The translations under genes were made by a program, and so were the position numbers. From Octopus vulgaris (taxonomy: Eukaryota): a stretch of 64,000 bases of DNA. A model generated the notes under the pieces. The model did not search any database and was not told the DNA's origin. It saw only the letters and a program-made list of their open reading frames with translations. Location of the stretch: the NCBI GenBank assembly GCA_951406725.2, contig OX597834.1, positions 21,638,001 to 21,702,000 of the forward strand. Direction: 5' to 3'. Every line of letters starts with the position of its first letter. Within the stretch, counting starts at the first letter, position 1. Shown one piece after another: positions 39,085 to 52,828 of this stretch.

Positions 39085-39625
39085 TATGTGTGAGTGTCTG
39101 TGTGTGTGTGTGAATGTGACCATGTGTGTGTATATGTGCGTGTTTGTGTGAGTGTCTGTGTGTGTGTGCATGTAACCATGTGTGTGTGTATGTGCGTGTT
39201 TGTGTGTATGTGTGTGTGTGTGCGTGCATGTGAGCATAAGTGTGTATCGCTGCAAATATATGTAAGTGCATATTTGTGTAGGCATGTATGTGTGTGAATG
39301 TGTATGCATATGAGCCTCTGTGTGTGTGTGTGTGTGTGTATGTGTGCACACACATGCATGTATGTGAGCATGAGTGTCTGTGTCTGAAAATGTATGTAAG
39401 TGTATATCGATGTGTGTGTTTGTGTGAGCATGTATGTGTGTGTGGAAATGTAAGTGTGAAGTGTATATTACATGTGAATGTGTATGCCTGCGTGTATATT
39501 TGTATATGCACGTGTGTGAGTGTACATAAGTGTTTGTGTGTATGTGAGAACATGCACGAGTGAAGATATGCATGTGACCATGTATGAGTAAGAGCATATA
39601 TGTGTGTGTAAGTGTGTGTGAGTCT
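39085..39625. repeat. Cryptic GT-rich purine/pyrimidine satellite
   Basis: Degenerate (GT)n with a ~56-bp duplicated unit (gtgaccatgtgtg...gtgcgtgtttgtgtg). Confidence 0.8.
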
Positions 39626-40061
39626 GAATAGCTAAAAACCTTATTAACAAAACTTTATTGGTGATCAGTTATCAACGATAAGAGATCAAACCAATTCCGG
39701 CGAAATGTTGATGTAAATATCTCTCAAAGACCAAAACCAAAAAATATTTCATCGCTAATGATGAGGTTAACAGACCCCAAAATTATCATCTCATTAACCA
39801 TAATTAATCTGAGATAATTAGAGATTTGCTACAAGTGCTTTTAAGCTATTTGTGTCAATAGATTTAAGTAGATTTTAGTGATTAGTGATAAGCAATTGTT
39901 GTTTAGCCCCAGGTAAGAAGTGATTTAGGAGTCCTGTGATCAAAAGTAATCAGGTCGGGATGATCTAGTCTTACTTTCAGATATAAAGTGTAAAGGGAAT
40001 GGTGTACCTAGGGATACATCATTTTGAGTGATTGTACAAATGTGTGTGTGAGTTTGTGTAT

Positions 40062-40493
40062 GTTAGTTAGTTAGTTAGTTAATTTTGTGGCTCAAAAAGC
40101 AAAAGCAAGGCCATGTAGGGGGACATGGAGTTATGTACAGGGTGGTGTTCATGTAAAGAGTTCAGGCCATTTCTGGTCAAGGGAGACTTTGAACCGAGCA
40201 GTTGTCGGCATCTTCACTATCTCGTCTGGCAGCTTATTCCATGGATCTGCAACCCGGACGGAGAAAGCCCCTCTCCTTCGATTGAGATGAAATCGTCGCA
40301 GATACAGCTTTTCGGAGTGACCCCGCAGCCAACGCTCTGGAGCAGGAGTGAAGAACAGCTCTTTCAAGGGGTTACACTTTCTGCTTATGATGTTGTGAGC
40401 AAGAATGAGATCTCCACGGCAGCGGCGTTTTTCTAGAGAATAAAGGTCGAGCGTCTTCAGCCTTTCTTCATAAGACAAATTCTTGAGACCAAG
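40062..40493 (-). mobile_element. 5'-truncated CR1-type LINE (RT C-terminal region, 3' UTR, (TAAC)n tail)
   Basis: ORF 40149-40478: SYEERLKTLDLYSLEKRRCRGDLI...LRGHSEKL...FSVRVADPWNKLP...FK, typical CR1-clade ORF2 end. Confidence 0.9.
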
Positions 40494-40710
40494 ATGTTTG
40501 TGTGACTCCTTGTCTTGACATTGTGTGTTAGTTGTAAATGAGTTTCACTGTTATGCAAGCAGTGTCATTCATTTGCAGTATCCACTGAAAGCATGTCTAG
40601 CCATAGAAGGGATGTTATCTTATTTGGAAATAGGTGAGGACTAGTCAGCAACTGGAGGGGCATCATGCTGCAGAAAATCTGTCTCGCACATACATATGCA
40701 TACATATATA

Positions 40711-41060
40711 TACACTACAAATGATCATGTTATCTGGGGCAATAAAAATCTGAAAGATCTTCTTAAGATATAAAGGATGGTGAATGAAACAAGGTGTCTT
40801 ATTTCAGAACCTTACTGCTAAGTGGGAGGCCAATCAAAATTTATTCTAAATTAAAATGGGAAAGACAACATACACACACACACACACACACACACGTACA
40901 CTGCAAATGATCATGATATCTGGGGCAATAAAAATCTGGGAGACCTTCTCAAGATTTAAAGGATAACAGCTAAATGAAGATACTTTCTTGCACAACCTTG
41001 CTGCCAAGCATGTGGCCAGACAAAATTTATTCTAAATTAAAAAAAGAGAAAAAGAACACA

Positions 41061-41118
<58 letters not shown>
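40711..41118. repeat. Local diverged tandem duplication (~187-bp unit plus CA repeat)
   Basis: tacact(a/g)caaatgatcatg(t/a)tatctggggcaataaaaatctg at 40711 and 40898. Confidence 0.8.
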
Positions 41119-41119
<1 letters not shown>

Positions 41120-41502
41120 CCTACCACCCCAAACGAGTTTCTACCCCTTTACCATCTACTGAAATCTATGCACAAAATATTAATCCGATAAACCCCCCGG
41201 CTATGGGAGACGACGTAGTGGGAGCAAACCCCAAAACCACAGGGTCTCACAAAAGAACTTCTAAACCACAAAGCTTATGTGTGACTCCCATGAGGATATA
41301 CAGCTAATTTCTTCAGAAATAATGGTTGATGCAGAACTAGCAGCAAAGCAGAGAAAAAAAAAACTGTGTCTTTGATGTTGGGGTTGGGCATAGCATGGTG
41401 ATGCGCAAATCTTAATCCATCAGCTAAATGGATTTATGCTTGGATTTGGCACATAATCCAGAGGTAATTGTTTATATGAGTGTGTGTGTGTATGTGTCTC
41501 TA

Positions 41503-41730
41503 CTGGCAGAAACGTTAGCACACCGGGCAAAATGCTTAGCAGTATTTCATCTGCCGTTACGTTCTGAGTTCAAATTCCGCCAAGGTCGACTTTGCCTTTC
41601 ATCCTCTCGGGGTCGATAAATAAAGTATCAGTTACGCACTGGGGTCGATATAATCGACTTAAACCGTTTGTCTGTCCTTGTTCGTCCCCTCTGTGTTTAG
41701 CCCCTTGTGGGTAGTAAAGAAATAGGTATT
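41503..41730 (+). mobile_element. SINE family B, near full length
   Basis: Head through ccccttgtgggtagtaaagaaataggtatt tail. Confidence 0.85.
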
Positions 41731-42350
41731 GTTGTTGTTGTTATTGTTGCTTCTTGTGTTGCTCCTCTTGTTTAACCCCTGGTCAAACTTGATAGAGCAG
41801 ACTAATGATTAAGGTCATTCCTCATATGACCATTCCATTGATTCCCGAGGCTGGGAGGAGGTCTATGTTCTCCAATGAGGTGTTTGTCATTTCTTTCCTT
41901 TTCTTCTTTTTTCTTGAGAGAGAATAATGGTGTACTTTGAGGTAGATTTGGTATATGTTTCTTGCATATGAAATGACCATATGTAAGCGCCTTCGTGGAT
42001 GTGCATTGCTTTCTGTGTGAGTGGACTGGAGCAACATGAAATGAAGGATCTTGCTCAAGGACACAATGTGCGGCTGGGAATTGAACTAGTGACCCTACAA
42101 TCGCAAGCCCAATACCCTTAACCACTGAGCCATGTACTTTCTCATGCCTATATATATATGAATGTGCATATATATATATATATTTATATATATATATATA
42201 TATACATATTCATATAATTCATGTGTGTATAATGTCAATATGTGTATATTCATATGTGTGTGTTTGTAGATATATATGTGTGTATAAAAAAAATATATTT
42301 ATATACATACATACATATATTTGCATATGTATATATATGTATATGTGTAC

Positions 42351-42396
<46 letters not shown>

Positions 42397-42596
42397 GTAT
42401 GTATATATATATTTGTATGTTTGCATGCATGTATGTATGTATGTATAAGTGTGTGTAGATATATATATAGTTAGGAATAGAAATGTGAAGGTTTGAAGGT
42501 TACCATGTTGTGTATGTGTGTGCATGTGTGAATGTATGTATATATGTATGTGTATCTAAATATGTGAATGTGTGCGTGTAAATATATATGTGTGTT

Positions 42597-42632
<36 letters not shown>

Positions 42633-42913
42633 AATAATATATCAATGAAGAGAATATAATTAAGCATCTAGAGAGAAGTTAATGTTAGAGGTAACTGTGG
42701 TACCTACCGAAAGAGTTACCCCAGGGCAGATTCTTCGTTCCACACGGATTCCATGAGAAACAATAAGAAAAGAAAGTAGGAAAGATAAGAACAGGAAGGA
42801 TGAAAGAAAAAAAAGAAAAAGAAAATGTTTACACATACATACATACACATGTGTGTATGTATGTGTGTGTGCACATATGTAAGATATATATATATATATA
42901 TACATATCTAAAG

Positions 42914-42972
<59 letters not shown>

Positions 42973-43022
42973 CGTATATATGTGTGTTCCTACATATATA
43001 TATATACTTATACATATATATA

Positions 43023-43039
<17 letters not shown>

Positions 43040-43075
<36 letters not shown>

Positions 43076-43343
43076 GTGTATATATATATATATATATTAT
43101 TAATACGTATGTATGTTTATATGTATATATATTTCTATCTAACTTTCTATCTATCTATATATATATGTATATATGTTTATATATATGTATATATGTGTGT
43201 ATATATAAACACACACATATATACATATATATAAACATATATACATATATATAGATAGATATAGATAGAATATATATACATATAAACATACATACGTATT
43301 AATAATATATATATATATATATACACATATATATATATGTATA

Positions 43344-43365
<22 letters not shown>
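43040..43365. repeat. Long foldback inside microsatellite DNA, centred at ~43204
   Basis: ttattaatacgtatgtatgtttatatg (from ~43097) is mirrored by catataaacatacatacgtattaataa (to ~43305). ORFs on both strands give the same [13 protein letters not shown] peptide. Confidence 0.8.
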
Positions 43366-43374
<9 letters not shown>

Positions 43375-43647
43375 GACATATATATATGACATAAATGTAT
43401 GTATGTATGTATGTGCGTATGTATGTACTTAACAGCAAAGTAGAGTAAGAGCACAGATATCAGAGGGAACCATGATGCCACACAATTCTGGAATAATAGA
43501 AAAAGTTTAAAAAAAAAGAAGAGAGAAGGGTTGGGCAGAAGAGATTCCTAGTTTTTGTACAAATGTCAAGAGAAACAGAGAAAGGGAGTAGAAGCCAAGA
43601 GAGAGGGAGTTAGAATAAAAAGAAACGCAGCGGTTGTTGTTGTAGTT

Positions 43648-43680
<33 letters not shown>

Positions 43681-43797
43681 AACATTTTGAATGGCTATTA
43701 TGAATGGAAGCCAAATGTAAAAAAGGTTTTCAGTTTGTGTGAGGGTATGTGAATACATCTATCTCTAAATATGTGTGTGTATCTGTGTGTACATGAA

Positions 43798-43829
<32 letters not shown>

Positions 43830-43839
43830 CATATAAATG

Positions 43840-43874
<35 letters not shown>

Positions 43875-44267
43875 GTGTGTATGTATGTATACTCACATAT
43901 ATTATTACACAATGCACATTTATCATTCTTCTTCATCTTTAACTTCTGGCAGTCATTGGAGTGCAGCCATGCCTTGATGGGTTTAGTCAAATAGATCTGG
44001 AAGGGAAGCAAAGATCCCCCCCACACATACACACACAGACACACACATGACAATACTAATAACACATATAAAACGACAGCTGAATGGGCGATATAGTCCC
44101 ACTGCAGTGTTTCATTAGGAGAGTTCCTTGCAGCGTAACATTCTACATTCAGTTTTGCCTGACATCCAACATTCTGAAGATTTTTGCAATAATCTTATCA
44201 ATTGTGATGATCCCAAACCATGCCTCGACCTTTAGCTAGGTACCATTTAATTGGTATATATATATGA

Positions 44268-44354
<87 letters not shown>

Positions 44355-44801
44355 TATAGAGAGATAGAGAGAGAGAGAGATGTAGATAAAAGTTACTTGG
44401 AAGAGGATGCATGGTGTTCAATCATATAATAATATGCCAGACTAGACTGGAGCCTGGGGCAGTCCCAAGCTCCCCAGACCCCAGTCGAAACCGTCCAACC
44501 CGTGCTAGCGCGGAAAACGGACGTTAAACGATGATGATGATGATATATATTGTTGTTAATTGCTCGAAATACAAGAGTAGAAAAACAGCCAACAACTGAT
44601 GAAGGGTCGTTCTTTATGTTGTTTGTCTTGTTTTCCATTTGTGTTCGAAAAAATAGTTCATATTCCATGTACTCATACTTCTAATTTTTTTGTTGTACAT
44701 ATTTCATGACGCCCTGTGCCCACAGATGCATATATATATACTTATAGATGTATGTTCATATGCGTATGTATATATGCTTATTTCTATCTATCTATCTATC
44801 T

Positions 44802-44845
<44 letters not shown>

Positions 44846-44882
44846 ATTATTATTATTATTATTATACATACATACATACATA

Positions 44883-44927
<45 letters not shown>

Positions 44928-44983
44928 CAGAATGAGATAAAAAATCCAAGGCTGCAAATGGTTTTCAAAACATTTATAAAAAG

Positions 44984-45027
44984 GTCTTACAGCTGTTTCC
45001 AGGATATTTTATATATCCTTTCATCAT
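44984..45027 (-). ncRNA. Truncated hammerhead-like motif in a short Penelope-like insert (44922-45027)
   Basis: Minus strand: TGATGA a aggatat ataaa atatcct g GAAAC agct GTA agac. Palindromic loop 3; C3 and the 5' strand of helix I are lost. Confidence 0.5.
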
Positions 45028-45082
45028 ATCACACACACACATACATATATGTCATATATATATATATATATATATATATGAC

Positions 45083-45115
<33 letters not shown>

Positions 45116-45662
45116 TGACATATATACATATATATGCATGTATGTGTATAAATATTTATATATATATATATATATATACATATATGTGTGAGTGAACAAA
45201 AGTAGCATTGAACTTAGAGGATAGGAGTCACATATAATTTTTAATAACCGTTTGATTCAGCTTCACCTGACTTAAAGTTCCATAGGTGAACAGAGCACTC
45301 AGACGCCCACACACACACAAAGAAATATAGATCTATCTATCTATTTATCTACCTATATGTATATATATATACACACACAAATTAAGATATAATGTCAAAT
45401 TAGGCAATCATACTCATTCATTTTAGCAGTTCTATATATTTCGTAATAAAGAAAAATAATGTATATATATATGTATGTATGTATATGTATATATGTGTAT
45501 ATATATATATATACATACACACACACACACACACGCACACACACATATATATAGTAATTTTTTATTATGCATAGCAGTGATGCATGATACCAGAATGTAT
45601 ATGTATATATATATATATATATATTATATATATGTATATATATATATGTATATATATGTATA

Positions 45663-45762
<100 letters not shown>

Positions 45763-46272
45763 ATGTGTGTGTGTGTGTGTATTTGCATGTGTATACATCA
45801 CATATACTCACGACCATATATACACAATGAAAAGTCTATTTATAAACTCGACCTTTCTAAGTGTTCTTCTTATTTAAATCCTCTTTTTTTTTGAATGAAG
45901 AGAGTGGGGAAGTTTTTACTACATTCTTTGGCATCGTTACTGTTTACGATATTTTCTGTAATAATTATTATTATTATTATTTGTCTTTTTTTTTTGCTCA
46001 TTTTACTTTATTTTCTCCTTTTTTTTTTTTCGCTTCTTTATTTGTCATTTCTGAACTTTAATCTTACTGCTGTACACCCTGCTTCCTCAAACACCCTCCT
46101 ATCCAAACCACACATACACACATGCACACACACACACACACACACACATACATGTGGCTATGCACATACGCACATAAAATATTCAAATCGATGCATTTTG
46201 TGCTACAAGTGAAAAATAAAACTAGGACTGTGGTTATCAATTTTATTTCACTTTTTACCTTTTCTATTCCCC

Positions 46273-46311
<39 letters not shown>

Positions 46312-46680
46312 TTAACAATAATAATAATAATAATAATAATAATGATAATAATAATAATAATAAGCAGTAATAATAATGATAAAGTTGCCTTACATTATAT
46401 TCATTTGGAAGCTGTAACTCTTCCAAAGTACTATTTATTGTACAGATCGTAAAACGGTAAAAGACGAATAAAAAGAAAAATAATGATTAAAAAAAAGGAA
46501 AAAGAAAGTAAAAGTATGGTGGTGGTGGTGGTGGGGGAACGTGCTATTCATAAAACCTGAATGAGGGGATTTTTAAAGTGAACACAGAAGTAAGGAAGTA
46601 GGAGGAGAAGGATAAAGAGTAGGAGGAGGTGAAAGCAGAAAGTGCAGAAAAAGCTAGAAAACTAGCTATATGTATGCATT

Positions 46681-46721
<41 letters not shown>

Positions 46722-46855
46722 ATGAATGTATGTATGTAGGAGTGTGTATGTATATATGTGTGTGTGTATATATTTAGTGAGAGAGAGAGAGAGACCATAA
46801 AAAGTCTGGTGGTATGATATGTCAGTGAATTTATTTAACCACTTGTCATCCTTAG

Positions 46856-46886
46856 GATTACAGCTGTTTCGCAGCCTTCTTCATGT
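46856..46886 (-). ncRNA. Degenerate hammerhead-like motif
   Basis: Minus strand: aTGAAGA aggctgc GAAAC agct GTA atc. Confidence 0.35.
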
Positions 46887-47126
46887 AGTAATAGATTCAA
46901 TGTATAATAAATTATCTTTGATATGCCTGAACTAATATGCATGCTCAGCATTATACAATTGTATATTTGCAGACCAATGCAGATAAAGGAAGCTAGCTCA
47001 TCAGATCACCAGAACATCATAGTTGCATTAATGCTTTAAATTTAGCTGGGTCCACCAGAGGATCTTTCCATGGTAGCCCCATGATCCTATGAATCCATAT
47101 GTTACACTACAAATGTATATGTATGT

Positions 47127-47507
47127 GGTGGCGCAATGACCCAGTGGCTAGGGCAGCAGACTCAGAATAATAGGATAATGGTTTTGATTCCCAGACCGGG
47201 CATTGTGAATGTTTATTAAGCGAAAGCACCTAAAAGCACCACAAGGCTCCGGCAGGGATTGGTGGCAAACCCTACTGCACACTTTCACCACAACTTTCTG
47301 TCACTTTTTCTTCCTGTTTCTTTGTACCTGTATTTCAAAGGGCCAGCCTTGTCACACTCTGTGTCATGCTGAATCTCCCCCAAGAACTGCATTAAGGGTA
47401 CATGTGTCTGTGGAGTGCTCAGCCACTTGCATGTTAATTTCATAAGCAGGCTGTTCTATTCATCAGATCAACTGGAACCCTTGTCATTGTAACCGATGGA
47501 GTGCCAT
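47127..47507 (+). mobile_element. SINE family C, long variant
   Basis: ggcgcaatgacccagtggctagggcagc head; body diverges from the 4551 copy after ~47310. Confidence 0.8.
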
Positions 47508-47541
47508 GATAATACATGTGTGTGTGTGTGTGTGTTATCAT

Positions 47542-47595
<54 letters not shown>

Positions 47596-47655
47596 GGTTT
47601 GGAGATGATGTACAGGTATTTTATATTAGAAGAAATGAGGTACTCAGAAATTCGG

Positions 47656-47868
47656 ATGGTTTTATATTTACAGATATTTATTTGTATATTACATGTTTTT
47701 ATACATCATATATCATATATCAGCGCTTTCGTCCATTCTAGTGGAGTTTTCAATTAGTTCAATTTGAAAACTCCACTAGAATGGACAAAAGTGCTAATAT
47801 ATGATATATGATATATGATGTATAAAAACATGTAATATACAAATAAATATCTGTAAATATAAAACCAT
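47656..47868. repeat. Near-perfect foldback (~98-bp arms, 10-bp spacer) of a Penelope-like terminus
   Basis: 47656-47753 against 47764-47868. Inner ends carry tcca ctagaa tgga c GAAA gcgc, a hammerhead remnant. Confidence 0.85.
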
Positions 47869-48405
47869 ATGTATACATATGTTTGTGGGTGTTTATATTT
47901 TACCCACTGCTGTTAAACAGCCAATGCTGGTTTGTTTACATCCCTGTGACTTAGCGGCCCAGCAAAAGCCATGAACTGAACAGGTGCCTGACTTAGTAAA
48001 CCAAAACCATAAGTCAGTGCTCCAGCATGACCACTGTCTCATGACTGAAAACCAGTAAAAGAGTAAAAGAATACCAAGAACAAACAAAATAACAAAAGAA
48101 ACAAAAAAAGAAACAAAAACACAAGAAATTTAGAGATCAACATTGACAATTAAGAACCATTTTCTTTGAACAATCGGAAATAAATTTTTATTGAAAAAGT
48201 CACTTTGGTTATCCATTAGACTTGTCTATATCTACCACTGCTTAATACTAAAGTCTTAATACTAATGTCTGTTTGTCTCGGTTGTTTTATTTTGGCTGTT
48301 TGCTGGGATTTTTAATGTTTTATTTTTCATGTAGTTTTTGTTTTGGAAGGTGGGGATTTATAAAAGTCTTTAACAACAATAAAAATAAGGGGAAAAAGAT
48401 CATTC

Positions 48406-48443
<38 letters not shown>

Positions 48444-48452
<9 letters not shown>

Positions 48453-48569
48453 GAAGGAGCTTCTACAGGACTAGAACTGTTTCATTCAAGAGAAATCTTC
48501 AGGAAGCTTCCTGAAGATTTCTCTTGAATGAAACAGTTCTAGTCCTGTAGAAGCTCCTTCTATATAATA
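48444..48569. repeat. Perfect 126-bp spacerless palindrome
   Basis: Axis gaag|cttc at 48506/48507; arms checked base by base. Each arm has CTGAAGA...GAAAC. Confidence 0.95.
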
Positions 48570-48733
48570 AATTAATTTTACTCTGCTATGTATTGAGTAC
48601 CTTATTTACTGTGGTTAACGCCGAATCAACCCGGGACCTACATATATATATATATAGGTGTGCATATATAAACACATGCACATGTTTATATAATATACGC
48701 CCGCACACACATATGCTTTTCTTTTTCTTTTAT

Positions 48734-48938
48734 TCTTTTACTTGTTTCAGTCATTTGACTGTGACCATGCTGGAGCACCACCTTTTAGTTGAGCAAATCG
48801 ACCCCAGGACTTATTCCTTGTAAGCCCAGTACTTAATCTATTGGTCTCTTTTGCTGAACCGCTAAGTTACAGGGACGTAAGCACACCAGCATCGATTGTC
48901 AAGCGATGCTGGGAGGACAAACAAACACACAAACATAT

Positions 48939-48969
<31 letters not shown>

Positions 48970-49130
48970 CATATACAACAGGCTTCTTCCAGTTTCCGTC
49001 TACCAAATCCACTCACAAGGCTTTGGTCAGCCCGAGGCTATAGTAGAAGACACTTGCCCAAGGTGCCATGCAGTGGGACTGAATCCAGAACCATGTGGTT
49101 GGTAAGCAAGCTACTTACCACACAGCCACT
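48734..49130 (-). mobile_element. SINE family A, full length
   Basis: Reverse-complement match to 5283-5668. Confidence 0.9.
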
Positions 49131-49756
49131 CATACACATATTTTATGTTTTACTTTTTTCTTGTTTTAGTCATATATATACATTTATATACGCGTGTGTA
49201 TATAAATATGACTCTACATATACATATGTATATTTCTGTGTATATATTTATGGCTGTCTGTGCTTGTATATGGGCATTTCTGTAGGTGGTGTATGTTTAT
49301 ATATACATACATGTTTGTGTAGCAGGGTTACACATTCACCCACATATACATACATAATATATATATATATATATATATATTGCCCAAAATCGTCGTGACT
49401 TCTGGGACTTGACTAAGGAAAGAAAGCCATGAATGACTCATCTTTTTTTGCCTGTCCTTCTAATTGTTGTTTCTCTTGTCCGCCTTTGTATCGTCTATCT
49501 GTCCGAATGTTTTAATGTCCTCTATTACATTTTTGTTCCATATATATATATACATACACACACACATATACATATATATATATATATAGATATATATATA
49601 TAGATGTACTTATTAATAAATAATAATAAGTGGCTAGCAAGTGACTTGTTAAATTTCCAGTGATATTGTGGCTTATTTGAGTATTTTTTGACTCTTATTT
49701 CTAGCAACACTATCTTCTACCCTTAATTATAAATTTATATATACTATTATCATTAA

Positions 49757-50157
49757 CTTTTACTGGTTTCAGTTACAGGACTGTGGCCTAGCTGGGGCAC
49801 CAACTTGAAAGATTTTAGTCAAATGAATCAATCATAATTTATATTATTGCAAGCCACATACTTATTTTATCAGTTACATTTGCCAAACTGCTAGGTTACA
49901 GGGATGTAAGCAAAGCAACTCTGGTTGTCAAGCAGCAGTGCAGGAACAAACCCAAATGCAAAGACACACGCATTTAGGTATATATACATATATACAAGGG
50001 GCTCCTTTCTGTTTCTGTCTACCACATTTACTCAAGGATTTAGTCAGCCTCAGGCTATAGTAGAAGATACTTGCCCAAGGTGCCACAGAGTAGGACTGAA
50101 CCTGGAACCATGTGGTTGGGAAGCAAACTTCTTACCGTGCAGCAATGATTGCACCTG
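49757..50157 (-). mobile_element. SINE family A, diverged
   Basis: Same architecture as 48734-49130. Confidence 0.75.
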
Positions 50158-51092
50158 TTACAATACACACACACACATTTATATTACAATTTATATATAT
50201 ATTATTAATACTACAGTTCAATTATTAATTATTGTTTAATGCAAGCACATTAAGAGCATTGGCAACAGAGAGAAAAAAAATAACGTATTTTCTAATTAGA
50301 AAATATGGAAATAAAATAAAAACAAACTAAAGAAATGAAATATAAGTAAAAAAAAAATAACAAATAAAAACAGACTCCTGTGGAATTTTTTTTCCATATT
50401 AAGGTTAGGTTTATGCCTATTATTATTCTATGTATTTCACTCTGAAGAATTGAAGGTCATCGTTAGAATTACCTTTGATATCCATATTCATACTCTTACA
50501 AACAAACTCAAGACATAACAGTTTTTTTGATGATGTTGATTGCATTTTACATATATTTTTTATTGTTTTGTTGTTGTTCTTCTTGTTGTCAATGTGAAAT
50601 ATTCTGATCAAACGTTTGAGTCTCTTTGTTGTTTTTTTCCTTCTTTTTGAAGTTTTTGGTTGCTGTTTGTTTGTTTGTTTGTTTTTTATTTTCTCTTTCT
50701 TGGAAATGGTAGATCAAACAAATATTAGCCTGTTTGTTCTTTGTGGACATGGATACGGAATATTGTAGCAAATTCAAGCAATATATAAGAATTTCTTTTA
50801 ACGGAAAGAAAATTTAGTAAATATATAAATATATGTGTATGTGTCTATGTGCATGTATATATATATATATAAACTTTTCCACATGTGTGACAAAAGGATA
50901 GGTGTTAGGATGAAGAAATATAAAGTTAGTTTTCATGTTATGTTAATAGAATATGGATCCTGAGTTCAATTGTTACCTTAATATGAAATTCTTATGGCAT
51001 AGAATAAGAAATAATAATATATTTATACCTATGTATTCTATATGCTTCAGTTATGTAATATATATTACTTAATATATATAATATATATATTA

Positions 51093-52279
51093 TCTTTATA
51101 TATATAAAACTGAGAATGTGTGTCTGTCTGTCTGTCTGTGTGTTTCCCTAAAACTTGAGAACTATACAGCCAATTTCATTCAAATCTTACACATGCCTTA
51201 CTTAGGGTCTGGGAAGTGTCATCGGCAAAAAAAATGTTTAACTTTTTGCCTAGGGCGAGCCCACAGCAATATCATATCTTCTCCACTACGATGCCCTAAA
51301 ACTTGAGAACTACACAACCAATTTCATTCAAATTTTACACATGCCTTACTTAGGGTCCATGTAGTTTCATGGACCAAAAGATTGTTCAACTTCTTGCCTA
51401 GAGCGAGCCCATAGCAATATCATATCTTCTCCACTATTTCAGTATTACGTGTTAAAAGTGAAACAAAAACATTTCTCTATTTTATGTCAGATGCTTTCAC
51501 TTTAACAATAAAAATAATAATAACAATTGAATTATATGTAATAAGTAATAATTAAAATCAAACTAAAGTATAATATAATCGTAACATAACAAAAGTAAAA
51601 ATAGCAATTGGTATAAAATTGCATCAATGATTTGAACTTGAATAAGTGGTTTCACATGAATGGGAATAAATTAAAAATAAAATTAGTGTGCTGAAATGGA
51701 ATAGTCCAGATGGATAATAAAAAATTAAATTAAAGAAAAGACTATTGTCTATAAAGTATACAATGTAGAGAAAAAAGATTTGAACACCTGGAGGAAAGCA
51801 CCCTCGAAAAGTGTCTTGGTGCGACTATGAAAGATATCTAACCAGAGGTGGTAAATTCGCCACAATAGAAGCAAGGTTCGAGTCAACGAAGCGTGCAAGG
51901 GAGTACTCGACTCGAACTTGCAAAGTGGAAATATTTTATTTTTACCTTTATATCTGGGACGTAGGACGTCCCGGATAAGAATTAAAAATGCCCCCCCCAC
52001 CCCACCAGAAGTAGAGGTAGGCTGGATTATAGCCACATTTCTATACAAGAGGGAGGACCAGATACAATTGATCGAAATTACAAGAGACAGGCTAAACAAT
52101 TCCAGTCTGATATATATTTTGAGTATTGTTATCACTAGCGATATCAAGATATAATTTTGTATTTTGTATTTTATGTGTAGATGTATATATATAGATGTAC
52201 ATGTAATATGTACACATTTATATACACATATATACATGCACTAGCACTATGACCTGGCAACAACAGATCATAATGCTAG
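51093..52279 (+). mobile_element. Non-autonomous Helitron, apparently end to end
   Basis: A|TC 5' end (tctttatatatataaaactgag), internal ~148-bp tandem duplication (51146/51295), 3' hairpin tatgacctg-gcaacaa-cagatcata then CTAG|T; no TSD. Confidence 0.7.
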
Positions 52280-52548
52280 TATGTAATAAAGATGATGCCT
52301 ATATTTTGTGTGTATAAAGATACATGTATATATATATATTTGTAAAATAGTATGAACTTTTACGGTGTGCATGTGTGTGTATGAGTTTGTATATATATGC
52401 ATATACATTTGGCGAAAAATGCAAGTGAAGATGTGTACGTTTTCATAGTGATGTATGTGTATGCATGTGGGTGCGCGAGCACACATGTGTACGTATGAAC
52501 AGGCATGCTTACGTGTTTACTATGAACTTTTAACCTTATCTTAATTAA

Positions 52549-52828
52549 TTGCTAAGTCACAGGGACATAAACACACCAGCATCAGTTGTCAAGCAATGTT
52601 GTGATGGACAGACACAGACACACAAACATATACACACACATACACATATATATATACATATATACGATGGGCTTCTTTCAGTTTCTGTCTACCAAATCCA
52701 CTCACAAAGATTTGGTCAGCCCAAGGCTATAGAAGAAGACACTTGCCCAAAGTGCCACATAGTGGGACTGAACCTGGATCCATGTGGTTGGTAAGCAAGC
52801 TACTTACCACACAGCGACTCCTGTGCCT
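52549..52828 (-). mobile_element. SINE family A (3'-truncated)
   Basis: Matches family A head and middle. Confidence 0.85.
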
